Shown here piece after piece: positions 18,734 to 27,430 of a stretch of DNA of 43,314 bases. Made by a program: the position numbers and the translations under genes. The notes beneath the pieces are model-generated. The model was not told where the DNA came from, ran no database searches, and saw nothing but the letters and a program-made list of their open reading frames with translations. Source of the DNA: Cytophagales bacterium. GTDB taxonomy: Bacteria; Bacteroidota; Bacteroidia; Cytophagales; Cyclobacteriaceae. The stretch lies in NCBI GenBank assembly GCA_043773645.1, contig JAYVEZ010000262.1, forward strand, positions 1 through 43,314, read 5' to 3'. The stretch's first letter is position 1. Every line of letters begins with the position of its first letter.

Positions 18734-19931
18734 CAATAAATTAAAGTTAGTCGCGACCATCGTTTTTTGTGGCATGTTCCTGGCCATAATAAGAGCATAT
18801 TTTTCAGCAACCCTGCTGGGTGATGTCTATCCATGGAACACATTCCTCTTCTTACCTGGGGACAGGTTCATGGACCTGTTCAACATGTCATTGATCTGTT
18901 CAACCAACGATCCATATTTCACTACGACTCCTTTTGCATCCAATTATTTCCCCGTAGCCAACACAATTTTTTATTGGTTTTCCTTGATCGAAAACAGGGT
19001 TTGGATGATGGTCGCATTCCAGGGGATATTCCTCATGGTTTATATTCCGGTCCTTAAAAAACTTTTTCAGGATCAATGGAGATCACATTTTCTCGAGATA
19101 ATCATAGTATTTGTGTTTTCTTACCCCGTATTGTACAATACCGACAGACAGAATATTGAGCTATACAATTTTCTTTGCTGCTTGCTATGGGTGTATTTCA
19201 AAGAAAAGGACAAGTCCTTCCTCGCTGTGTTCTTTCTGGCCCTGTCCATTTCCATGAAATTGTATACAGCTGTGTTTGCCATCATATACATCAAGGACAT
19301 GAAACTTAAGGAACTGACTGTGCTGATGTCAATTGTCGCGGTTCTCACCCTGTTGTCGGCCTCGACATTTAAGGGCGGGGTCATGAATAATATTTTTCAA
19401 ATGATGTCGGTCCAAAAGGAATTTACACAGGAGTACACTTCGGTTCCAAGGTACTTGCACTTCAATCACAGCCTCTTCAGCTTAATCATGATATCAATTA
19501 CTGCTGTATTTAAAGTTTGGGAAGATCCCGTCCGGTATCAGGAAATCACCGCCCAAATTCTTCTTCCATATACATTTCTCACCATGGCCATTTTTGGATT
19601 GGTTGCATTTGCAGTGATCCGAAAAAAAATGGATCCCTGGATGGATTACTTTCTTCTTACAGCACTATTTCTATTATTGCCTCACATATCATATGACTAT
19701 AAACTTATTTTCCTGCTGATCCCATTGTATTACTTCCTCAAAGAGGAAAAAGAATACGGGCTGTTAACAAGGTTGTTTTGCATTGGTTTTGGATTAGTGT
19801 TAATCCCACACAACTATTATTACGTGCACGAGGATGTGAGCGTAGCGGCCTTCATTGTCCCAAGTCTTCTAATGGCAATGATGTTTCTGATCCTTTTCAC
19901 TGCCAAATCCCCAGTACGTGCCAAAACTTAG
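18720..19931 (+). CDS. Polytopic GT-C fold glycosyltransferase (GT87/DUF2029-like), probably using a lipid-phosphate-sugar donor
   Basis: About 10 hydrophobic segments; N-terminal loop DRFMD...SNYFP; DRQNIE (cf. ERGNxD), KLYTAVF (cf. KxYP), NHSL and SYDYKL. Start ATG 18720. Confidence 0.72.
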   Translation: MKRINNKLKLVATIVFCGMFLAIIRAYFSATLLGDVYPWNTFLFLPGDRFMDLFNMSLICSTNDPYFTTTPFASNYFPVANTIFYWFSLIENRVWMMVAFQGIFLMVYIPVLKKLFQDQWRSHFLEIIIVFVFSYPVLYNTDRQNIELYNFLCCLLWVYFKEKDKSFLAVFFLALSISMKLYTAVFAIIYIKDMKLKELTVLMSIVAVLTLLSASTFKGGVMNNIFQMMSVQKEFTQEYTSVPRYLHFNHSLFSLIMISITAVFKVWEDPVRYQEITAQILLPYTFLTMAIFGLVAFAVIRKKMDPWMDYFLLTALFLLLPHISYDYKLIFLLIPLYYFLKEEKEYGLLTRLFCIGFGLVLIPHNYYYVHEDVSVAAFIVPSLLMAMMFLILFTAKSPVRAKT

Positions 19932-20607
19932 CGTCAATATCCCCGCATACGAGGAATTTAAAAACCTGGAAATGCTTTTGCCGAGGCTGCTCACCTCGCT
20001 TGACACCACTGGACTGGATTATGAAATTCTTATCCTTGACCGGACAGTCTCAACAGATCTTACTCATACTTTACAATCACTAAGTCCAAAGATCAGAATT
20101 ATTAACCGTTCGCCTACAGACTGTTATGGAGATGCCGTAAGATCCGGAATCAAGCATAGCGATGGTGCGTTTATCCTTTTCATGGATGCTGATGGGTCCC
20201 ACGATCCCGAATTTATTGAAACAATGCTCAAATGGAGATCGTCCTCCGATGTTGTGATCGCCTCAAGGTACATACAAGGAGGGGGATCATTTAATGGACC
20301 CTTGCTAAAATTGATGAGCCTCATGGTAAATCTCTCTTACAGCATCATCCTCAATATCCCTGCAAAAGACGTATCCAACAGTTTCAAACTTTATAACAGA
20401 GAAGTCTTGAAATCGCTTACGCTCAGATCGAACAATTTTGACATCATTGAAGAGATCCTCTACAAGGCACTCAAAAATAACCGAAATCTCAAAATCGTTG
20501 AAATTCCATATTTTTTCAAAGAGCGAATACACGGCACAACCAAACGGGACCTGCTAAGCTTTTCTTTCTCATTTCTAATTACTCTTATCCGCCTGAGATT
20601 ATCCTGA
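19918..20607 (+). CDS. GT2 glycosyltransferase, polyprenol-phosphate sugar synthase (DPM1-like)
   Basis: LSVNIPAYEE, YGDAVRSG, FMDADGSHDPEFI, VVIASRY, KDVSNSFKLY and EIPYFFKERIHG. Confidence 0.85.
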   Translation: MPKLSVNIPAYEEFKNLEMLLPRLLTSLDTTGLDYEILILDRTVSTDLTHTLQSLSPKIRIINRSPTDCYGDAVRSGIKHSDGAFILFMDADGSHDPEFIETMLKWRSSSDVVIASRYIQGGGSFNGPLLKLMSLMVNLSYSIILNIPAKDVSNSFKLYNREVLKSLTLRSNNFDIIEEILYKALKNNRNLKIVEIPYFFKERIHGTTKRDLLSFSFSFLITLIRLRLS

Positions 20608-20828
20608 TTATAAACGTATCCTGCTTGACGGATCGTTTGAACCTGGAAGAAGGCTGAAAACTTTTGATTAGCTCAAAAAAGGGAACCCGTCGTCGCTCCA
20701 CTAAGTAGGTAAGGCATCCGAGGTCGGATTCGCCCCATTGACTCCATGCCACAAAATAGCGAATTTGACTTATTTGCAATACAATGAGTCAAATGAGCAA
20801 TCAAAATATTTAAGCTGTATTTTCCCTC

Positions 20829-20857
20829 TGTAACCTTTCACTCTTCTCCCGGTAACT
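20829..20857 (+). promoter_or_regulatory. Candidate ECF autoregulatory promoter (TGTAACCTTT-N11-CGGTAAC)
   Basis: AAC-containing -35 with ECF-like spacing immediately upstream of the sigma TTG at 20868. Confidence 0.45.
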
Positions 20858-20867
20858 AACACGAATT

Positions 20868-21428
20868 TTGACAAAACTCAAGGACTTGATAACCGACGAG
20901 CACATCATGGAGGCCGTGAAAAACGGCGACCTGCAGCAGGCCTCCGTGCTGTTTGACCGGTATCACAAGCGGATCTACAACTTCCTGGCGCGTACGACCC
21001 TCGACCGTGCGCTGGCAGAAGACCTGACGCAAAATGTGTTCTTGAGAATTATAAAGTACCGGAACAGCTATCGGGAAGGAAACCGGTTTCAGTCGTGGAT
21101 CTATCAGGTGGCACGGAATGTTTTTTCAGACCATTACCAGGCCAACAAAAACCGGAAGTCCGACTTCGTAGCGGTGGAAAAAATGAGTGATACCATGAGC
21201 GACCATGAAGAAGAAAAAGAACAGGAAGAAAGAGAAAGGGTACTGCACAGATCACTTGCCCTGCTCACCGATGAGCAACGCGAGCTGCTGGTGCTGACTC
21301 GTTTTCAACACCTCAAATACGAAGAGGTAGCCGACATGATGGAAACGACAGTGGCCAACATCAAAGTGAAAGTGCATCGGGCCATAGCAAAATTGAGAGA
21401 ACATTATTTCGAATTGGAAAAAAATTAA
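20868..21428 (+). CDS. ECF RNA polymerase sigma-70 factor
   Basis: LFDRYHKRIYNF, AEDLTQNVFLRI, FQSWIYQVARN and LKYEEVADMMETTVANIKVKVHRA. Confidence 0.94.
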   Translation: MTKLKDLITDEHIMEAVKNGDLQQASVLFDRYHKRIYNFLARTTLDRALAEDLTQNVFLRIIKYRNSYREGNRFQSWIYQVARNVFSDHYQANKNRKSDFVAVEKMSDTMSDHEEEKEQEERERVLHRSLALLTDEQRELLVLTRFQHLKYEEVADMMETTVANIKVKVHRAIAKLREHYFELEKN

Positions 21429-21447
21429 CTGACCTGCGGGTAAGGTT

Positions 21448-22221
21448 ATGAATAAAGAAGAATGGGAAGGCATGCTGATTGACTACATCGACGGAAAACT
21501 CACCGCAACGGACCGGGCAGGTATCGAGCTGGAACTTGCTCAAAATGAAGAGGTCCGCAGTGCCTATGAACAGTTGCGCGAAGTGATAAGCGCCATGGAC
21601 CAGTCCAAAAGTCTCGAACCCAATGAAAAACTGGAGAGCTCCTTTCATGAATTCCTAAAAGAGGAAATGGCTAAACAAAAACCAGCCAGAACAATCTCCT
21701 TCCGGCCCATCATGTATCGCCTCGCGGCCGGTGTGGTGCTGGTGATGGCTGGCATTGGAGTCGGGTACTGGATCAACAAGAACCAGCCGCGTGAGGATGA
21801 GATGCTGGCCCTGAAAAAGGAAGTGCAGGCCACGAAACAGATGATGCTCGTCATGATGGACAATCAACAGTCCGCGAGCCAGCGAATACAGGGTGTCAAT
21901 GTCGCATTGAAGATTGATAAAGCGGATGATGACGTCGTGCTGGCGCTGGCGAAGATGATGAACGAAGATCCTAACACCAACGTGAGGCTTGCCGCGCTGG
22001 ACGCACTCAGCAAATTTCGTGAAGAACCGCTGGTAAGAAAAGAATTGATCGGTTCGCTGTCCATTCAAAAGGATCCGGTGATTCAAATCGCACTCATTCA
22101 GCTAATGGTGCGCATGAAGGAGAAGGGTGCAGCCAAGAGCCTGGAACAAATCATCGACGATACCGAGTCCATGAAGGCCGTCAAAGACGAGGCTTACTCA
22201 GGGTTATTGAAGCTGTCGTGA
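21448..22221 (+). CDS. Anti-sigma factor: N-terminal anti-sigma-like domain, one TM, periplasmic HEAT repeats
   Basis: LIDYIDGKL N-terminus, TM LAAGVVLVMAGIGVGYWI, HEAT-like EDPNTNVRLAALDAL and QKDPVIQIALIQLM. Confidence 0.85.
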   Translation: MNKEEWEGMLIDYIDGKLTATDRAGIELELAQNEEVRSAYEQLREVISAMDQSKSLEPNEKLESSFHEFLKEEMAKQKPARTISFRPIMYRLAAGVVLVMAGIGVGYWINKNQPREDEMLALKKEVQATKQMMLVMMDNQQSASQRIQGVNVALKIDKADDDVVLALAKMMNEDPNTNVRLAALDALSKFREEPLVRKELIGSLSIQKDPVIQIALIQLMVRMKEKGAAKSLEQIIDDTESMKAVKDEAYSGLLKLS

Positions 22222-22259
22222 GAATGAATGAAGAGTTAATAATTCAAATGAAATCAAAA

Positions 22260-23021
22260 ATGAAAAACAAGAACATATTGATTATCGGGTTGATTGGATT
22301 GATCGCAGGAGCGGTACATGCTCAGGAATTCAGAGTGGCTAAAAACTCCGGGCGATTGGAAATCAATCTCGGCCGGGTGACGGTGGAGGGGCACAGTGGA
22401 AATGAAATTATCTTTTCTTCCAACGATGGAGAAAAAGACAAGGACGAGCGCGCCGCCGGATTAAAAGAGATTAACAGCCTGGGACTGGATGACAACACGG
22501 GCCTCGGCATCAATGTGGACAATAAGGGAGGAGTTGTCACCGTCCGTCAGCTCAAGAAAATGAATTCCCCCAAAGTCAAGATCCTTGTACCCAAGGGGGT
22601 CATCATTTCTTTTAACCATGATTCTCAGTATGGAGGCAGTGCCTTATTCAAGAACACAGAAAATGAAATTGAAATTTCGGCTCAATACAACAACATTGAA
22701 CTGGAAAACTGCTCTGGACCCCTTACTGTGAAAACGATTTATGGTCACGTGGAGGCCACGTTTGACGCGTCCAAAGGACCCATCTCCATTGTTTCAGTGT
22801 ACGGATTTGTGGATGTGACTCTGCCAGCCGCGACCAAGGCAAATCTAAATATGAGCACCTCCTACGGCGAAATTTATGTAGCGCCGGAATTCAAAATTGA
22901 AATCGATCGACAAGGAGACATGGTCCGCTACAGCGATCGCATCAGCGGTAAAATCAACGGTGGCGGAATGGACATCGACCTGAATTGCAACTATGGCAAG
23001 GTATATCTCAGAAAAAAATGA
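22260..23021 (+). CDS. Exported DUF4097-like beta-strand-repeat protein, type A
   Basis: Signal peptide ending AVHA-Q; repeats KTIYGHVE, VSVYGFVDV, STSYGEIY and NCNYGKVYLRKK. Start 22248 or 22260. Confidence 0.8.
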   Translation: MKNKNILIIGLIGLIAGAVHAQEFRVAKNSGRLEINLGRVTVEGHSGNEIIFSSNDGEKDKDERAAGLKEINSLGLDDNTGLGINVDNKGGVVTVRQLKKMNSPKVKILVPKGVIISFNHDSQYGGSALFKNTENEIEISAQYNNIELENCSGPLTVKTIYGHVEATFDASKGPISIVSVYGFVDVTLPAATKANLNMSTSYGEIYVAPEFKIEIDRQGDMVRYSDRISGKINGGGMDIDLNCNYGKVYLRKK

Positions 23022-23752
23022 AAAATCTGACACTCATCCTGGTCTGTCTGTTTGCCGGAACACTTTCCGCCCAGACCAAACTCAACAAGAACGTGCCCGT
23101 GAGTGCCGGACAAAAGATCAAAATGCGTTTTGATTATCCTGACCTTATCAAGGTAAGTACCTGGGACAAAAATGAAATCTCGATCCTGGGCACCGTCAGC
23201 ATCAATGGTGGGGAAAATGATGATGCCTTCACATTGGAAACCAATGCGGAGGGAGGCACAGTATCGATTCGCAACGAAATCAAGAACATGGAAGGGCTCC
23301 CGCACCGCATCACGGTCAAGGTAGGAGGTCAGAAGATGATATTCCGAAACAAGGCCGAGTGGAAGAAATACAAAAATGAAAATGGAAATGGCCACACGAT
23401 GATGTCGGATGGCGTAGAAATGGATATTGAATTGGAAATCAAGGTTCCCCGCAATACCGAAACCTACCTGGAATCAGTGTACGGTATGGTCGAAGCCAAA
23501 GATTTTGATGGACCATTGAAAGTAGTTGCTACCTACGGTGGCGTGGATGCATCGATGACTGAACTGACCACCGGTGAATTGACGGCTGAAACCAACTACG
23601 GTCATATCTATTCCAACCTGAATGTAAAACTTGATGGGGGCGAAGTGCGGGACGAGGATTTTCATACCGTTGTCACGGCCAAGCCAGGAACAGGTCCACG
23701 GTATAGTTTTGAATCAACATATGGAAATGTTTACCTGCGAAAGGACCACTAG
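23018..23752 (+). CDS. Exported DUF4097-like protein, type B
   Basis: ATGA overlap with the previous gene; signal peptide; TWDKNEI, ESVYGMVE, ATYGGVD, ETNYGHIY and ESTYGNVYLRK. Confidence 0.8.
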   Translation: MKNLTLILVCLFAGTLSAQTKLNKNVPVSAGQKIKMRFDYPDLIKVSTWDKNEISILGTVSINGGENDDAFTLETNAEGGTVSIRNEIKNMEGLPHRITVKVGGQKMIFRNKAEWKKYKNENGNGHTMMSDGVEMDIELEIKVPRNTETYLESVYGMVEAKDFDGPLKVVATYGGVDASMTELTTGELTAETNYGHIYSNLNVKLDGGEVRDEDFHTVVTAKPGTGPRYSFESTYGNVYLRKDH

Positions 23753-23822
23753 GACAATTTGAAAATTGAATCGCGATTATTTTGAACATATAGAATTACC
23801 AAGAATCATTAAACAGAAAAAA

Positions 23823-24590
23823 ATGAAAAAGAAGATTTTGACATTAGCTGTTGCTCTTGTGGCCTTTGGCGCCTTGCAGGCACAGGAATATAAGTTGGCC
23901 AAGAGCACCGGAAAACTGGTGATCAATGGGGTAGACAAAGTGCTGGTGGAGGGAACCAGTGGGAGTGAAATTATATTCTCCTCGGTTGATGGCTCTCGCG
24001 AAAAAGACCACCGTGCCGAAGGATTGCGCGCCGTGAGCAGCCTGGGACTTGAAGACAACACAGGTGTCGGACTGTCCGTGGTGGACAAAGGCAGTACCTA
24101 TGAAGTGTATCAGCTCAAGAAGATGGACGGACCCCGGGTGAAAATTCTCGTGCCAAAAGGAGTGAGCATCACTTACAGTCATTCGTCACCTCACGGAAGT
24201 GATATCACCTTCAGAAACGTGGAAGGAGAAATTGAAACGTCTACGGTCCACAATGGCGTGCACCTGGAAAATGTAACTGGTCCGCTCAATATTAAAACCG
24301 TCCACGGTGAGATTGAGGCCAACTTCAACGCCAACATCAAGAGTCCGATCTCGTTGATATCGACGCACGGCCTTGTGGATGTAACGATCCCAACGACTTT
24401 GAAAGCAACCATGAGCATGAGTACCAGCTTCGGCGAAATCTTTGTTGACCCTGCCTTCAAACTTGAAATTGAACCAAAGAGCGACTGGGTAAAATACGGT
24501 TCGAATAAGGTGAACGGCAAAATAAATGGCGGAGGACTGGACTTTACATTGTCTTCTACACACAATAATATCTACTTGAGAAAGAAATAA
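23823..24590 (+). CDS. Exported DUF4097-like protein, type A' (paralog of 22260..23021)
   Basis: AQEYKLAKSTGKLVIN...RAEGLRAVSSLGLEDNTGVGLSV...KILVPKGV aligns with AQEFRVAKNSGRLEIN...RAAGLKEINSLGLDDNTGLGINV...KILVPKGV. Confidence 0.8.
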   Translation: MKKKILTLAVALVAFGALQAQEYKLAKSTGKLVINGVDKVLVEGTSGSEIIFSSVDGSREKDHRAEGLRAVSSLGLEDNTGVGLSVVDKGSTYEVYQLKKMDGPRVKILVPKGVSITYSHSSPHGSDITFRNVEGEIETSTVHNGVHLENVTGPLNIKTVHGEIEANFNANIKSPISLISTHGLVDVTIPTTLKATMSMSTSFGEIFVDPAFKLEIEPKSDWVKYGSNKVNGKINGGGLDFTLSSTHNNIYLRKK

Positions 24591-24603
24591 CTAATCGTTG
24601 CTC

Positions 24604-24638
24604 GTTGATTGTTGTTCGGGTCACGAACAACAATCAAC
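24604..24638. repeat. Perfect 15-bp inverted repeat with heptamer periodicity
   Basis: gttgattgttgttcg-ggtca-cgaacaacaatcaac. Confidence 0.8.
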
Positions 24639-24650
24639 CAACAACTACCA

Positions 24651-25394
24651 ATGATGAAACCCACACTCCTCCTCATTATTTTTTCCTTCAGCCTGGCTTC
24701 CCATGCCCAGACCGCGATCGAAAAAACAATTGCTGTTCAGCCCGGTCAACAATTGCACCTCGATTTTGATGATCCCGAGCTGAAAATGCAGACTTGGGAC
24801 AAAAATGAAATTTTGATCAAAGGTGTTGTGAGCATCAATCGGGGTGAGAACGACAGTGCTTTTGAGCTGCAATCAAATGTATCCGGAACGGAGATTACCA
24901 TCACCGCTGTAATAAGAGACAAGGAAAACATCCCGCAACGCATTGTTATTAAAAAGGGAGGCATGGAGTACTACTTCAAGGCAAAGGACTACAACGACCC
25001 TGAGGTTCAAAAATTCCTCGAGGAAAATGGACGGGAATACACCTACATGTCAAATGGGATTGTTAAAGATATCAAACTTGAAATTTTTATTCCGAAGAAA
25101 ATGGAGACCAGCGTCCTGGCCAAATATGGATTAATCGAAGTGAAAAACTTTGATGCACCATTGACCATTGATGCCAAATATGGGGGAGTGGATGCCACCA
25201 TCCTACCTGCTGCGATTGGTATGATCACGGCACGCGCCCGTTATGGGGAAATTCTCACCAATCTTGGGATCAAATTTGACCAGTCAAATTACCCTGACAA
25301 AAACAACTCGTGGACAGAAATAACCGCCAAGCCAGGGTCAGGACCCAGTTACAGCTTCGAATCCAAATACGGGAACGTGTATCTTAGAAAATAG
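24651..25394 (+). CDS. Exported DUF4097-like protein, type B' (paralog of 23018..23752)
   Basis: TWDKNEILIKGVVSINRGENDSAF vs TWDKNEISILGTVSINGGENDDAF; TAKPGSGPSYSFESKYGNVYLRK vs TAKPGTGPRYSFESTYGNVYLRK. Confidence 0.8.
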   Translation: MMKPTLLLIIFSFSLASHAQTAIEKTIAVQPGQQLHLDFDDPELKMQTWDKNEILIKGVVSINRGENDSAFELQSNVSGTEITITAVIRDKENIPQRIVIKKGGMEYYFKAKDYNDPEVQKFLEENGREYTYMSNGIVKDIKLEIFIPKKMETSVLAKYGLIEVKNFDAPLTIDAKYGGVDATILPAAIGMITARARYGEILTNLGIKFDQSNYPDKNNSWTEITAKPGSGPSYSFESKYGNVYLRK

Positions 25395-25402
25395 ACACAT
25401 CC

Positions 25403-25439
25403 ATATGGTGTCCTACACCTAAGGTGTAGGACACCATAT
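25403..25439. repeat. Near-perfect 37-bp palindrome between convergent genes (REP-like or bidirectional terminator)
   Basis: atatggtgtcctacacct-a-aggtgtaggacaccatat: perfect 18-bp arms, 1-nt spacer. Confidence 0.85.
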
Positions 25440-25453
25440 AATCAGGAAAACCG

Positions 25454-26380
25454 TCACTTTTTGTCACGACTTCCTTTCTTTGAAGAAGAAGTAAAATCCT
25501 CGAGGCTCTTCCACAGGTATAGTGTTGCATAGGCCTCCCACCCCTTGTATTGTTGAAAAATTCTTTTCACCCGCTTCACATCGGGTTTGGCTTTAAGTCC
25601 CATAGAATTTTTAATGGCGTTGTGTAAGCCCGCATCCTCCAACGGGAATGCATCCGGATAGCGAAATGTTTTCATCAGGGCATAGTTGGCGGTCCAGTTT
25701 CCAATACCCTTGATCTTCATCAATTCTTCTTTTGCCTCGTTCAGGGCCATGCCGGCCAGCTTCACTTTGGAAATTCTTCCCTCTGCGAAAGCCTTTGCAA
25801 TTCCAATGGTATAGAGCGCCTTTTGTCTGGAGAATTGCAAGGCAAGCAATTGCTCCGGTTGTATTTTGGATACGTTCTTTGCGGAGGGGAACAGGTAATG
25901 CTTTTGATTTTCATGCGCCAAGCTTTCGCCAAATTGTTCTACGAAGCGTTGCTTGAGAGAATAGGCAAAGGAAAGGTTGATCTGCTGACCCAACACCGCC
26001 CAGACCAGAGACTCAAATAAATCGGGTTGCCCAATAATTCGATAGCCCCGGTGTTTTTTTACAAGATCTTTTAACAATAGGTCCCTTCGTGCCATGGCAT
26101 AGAATGGTTTTAGGTCCGTTTCCAGGTCGAACCATTCATGGACATATTTTCTTACAGTCTCTTTTCCAAGCCGGGTGGGTTCACCCTTCAGAAAATCAAT
26201 GTTCAACGTATTTTTAACCTGTCTTACGGAGAACAGAATCTGTTGACCATCCACAAGGAGCAATTTTAACACACGATCCTCCTCCAACCTATGAAGCAAC
26301 TCCTTCGGCGAGCGTCTCAAGAACTGAAAGCAAAGATTGATATCAAACTCATCGGGGATGCGAAGGCGGAGTGTATCCAT
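25454..26380 (-). CDS. alkA: DNA-3-methyladenine glycosylase II (HhH-GPD)
   Basis: Start ATG 26380. FESLVWAVLGQQINL, LQFSRQKA, HhH LMKIKGIGNWTANY, AFPLEDAGL and GWEAYATLYLW. Confidence 0.92.
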   Translation of the reverse strand: MDTLRLRIPDEFDINLCFQFLRRSPKELLHRLEEDRVLKLLLVDGQQILFSVRQVKNTLNIDFLKGEPTRLGKETVRKYVHEWFDLETDLKPFYAMARRDLLLKDLVKKHRGYRIIGQPDLFESLVWAVLGQQINLSFAYSLKQRFVEQFGESLAHENQKHYLFPSAKNVSKIQPEQLLALQFSRQKALYTIGIAKAFAEGRISKVKLAGMALNEAKEELMKIKGIGNWTANYALMKTFRYPDAFPLEDAGLHNAIKNSMGLKAKPDVKRVKRIFQQYKGWEAYATLYLWKSLEDFTSSSKKGSRDKK

Positions 26381-26436
26381 CCGGCAATATAGAAAGGGTC
26401 CGATGTGAAGAACAAGCTGCTGATTGGATTGTCCTC

Positions 26437-26459
26437 CAACTCCGCAAGAAACAGGTTGA
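26437..26459 (+). promoter_or_regulatory. Candidate alkylation-regulon operator (Ada-box-like), copy 1
   Basis: caactccgcaagaaacaggttga, 21/23 identical to 28377-28399; degenerate -7 element gacttttg at 26479-26486. Confidence 0.65.
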
Positions 26460-26490
26460 CCACCAAACGTTGAAAATTGACTTTTGTACC

Positions 26491-27189
26491 ATGCTGGATC
26501 TGACATCGATTCCCTGGCCCAAGGCATACCAATCACTGGATGAAAATGGATACGCAAAATTGCCAACACTATTGACCCCTGCTGAATGCAATGGGTTGTC
26601 AGAAATGTACCCCAGGGAGAATCTCTATCGATCCACCATCAATATGCAGCGGTATCGCTTTGGAAAAGGAGAATATAGATATTTCAGCTACCCCCTTCCA
26701 CCCCTCATTCAGCACCTGCGCGAATCCTTGTACAGCCCGCTCGCCGTCCTGGCCAACGAATGGATGCTTCGCCTTAACATTGAAACGAGATTTCCTGCCA
26801 ATCACCAAGGGTTGATACAAGAATGTCATTCAAAGGGACAGAACAGGCCTACTCCTTTAATACTTCGCTACCAAACCGGTGGTTACAATACGCTTCATCA
26901 GGACCTTTATGGTGATGTCTATTTTCCATTCCAGGTAGTTTTTGTCTTGAGTGAACCCGGCAAAGATTTTGAGGGAGGAGAATTTATCTTGGTAGAGCAA
27001 CTACCGCGGGCCCAGTCGCGCGCTGTAGTGGTTCCGCTCCATCAGGGAGATGCTTTAATATTCACTACGAACTACCGGCCGGCCCAAGGCAGCCGTGGCT
27101 ACTATCGGGCGAAGATGAAACACGGAATCAGTCCTTTGCGGTCAGGAACGAGATATGCCATGGGGATTATTTTTCATGACGCAACATGA
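26491..27189 (+). CDS. 2OG-Fe(II) oxygenase (DUF2086 / Oxygenase-NA type)
   Basis: Start ATG 26491. RYRFGKGEYRYF, RPTPLIL, LHQDLYG (HxD), EQLPRAQSR, KHGIS and RYAMGIIFHDA. Confidence 0.88.
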   Translation: MLDLTSIPWPKAYQSLDENGYAKLPTLLTPAECNGLSEMYPRENLYRSTINMQRYRFGKGEYRYFSYPLPPLIQHLRESLYSPLAVLANEWMLRLNIETRFPANHQGLIQECHSKGQNRPTPLILRYQTGGYNTLHQDLYGDVYFPFQVVFVLSEPGKDFEGGEFILVEQLPRAQSRAVVVPLHQGDALIFTTNYRPAQGSRGYYRAKMKHGISPLRSGTRYAMGIIFHDAT

Positions 27190-27428
27190 TCCGACACATT
27201 GAAGTGGCCTATTCCCAACTGAAGAGTCTGATTCAAAATCAGAAATTGACTCTGGCAGGTAACTCTTCGCTAAAAATTTACGGGGCTTTGTCCTGTTCTT
27301 CGGGCAAAAGAATGAAAAAAGAAAACCGGGTGTTCTTTGAAAGCGAAACGGAAGCCATTCAACTTGGCTTCCGTCCCTGCGGTCATTGTATGCATGACCA
27401 ATATCTTATATGGAAGGCTCTACATTGA
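27186..27428 (+). CDS. Stand-alone Ada metal-binding domain protein
   Basis: KIYGALSCSSGKRMKKENRVFFESETEAIQLGFRPCGHC; ATGA overlap with the oxygenase. Confidence 0.88.
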   Translation: MIRHIEVAYSQLKSLIQNQKLTLAGNSSLKIYGALSCSSGKRMKKENRVFFESETEAIQLGFRPCGHCMHDQYLIWKALH

Positions 27429-27430
27429 TG

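Noticed and set aside
20608-20800. attR copy of the tRNA-Pro 3' end or an integrase closing the island
   Set aside because: Only a weak resemblance (ggattcgcccc near 20726); too short to support, and no integrase ORF.
26371-26569. Apparent overlap of the alkA and oxygenase ORFs, and similarly MBL/ada at 28396-28435
   Set aside because: Artefact of longest-ORF starts; the real starts (26380, 26491, 28333, 28450) leave normal divergent promoter gaps.
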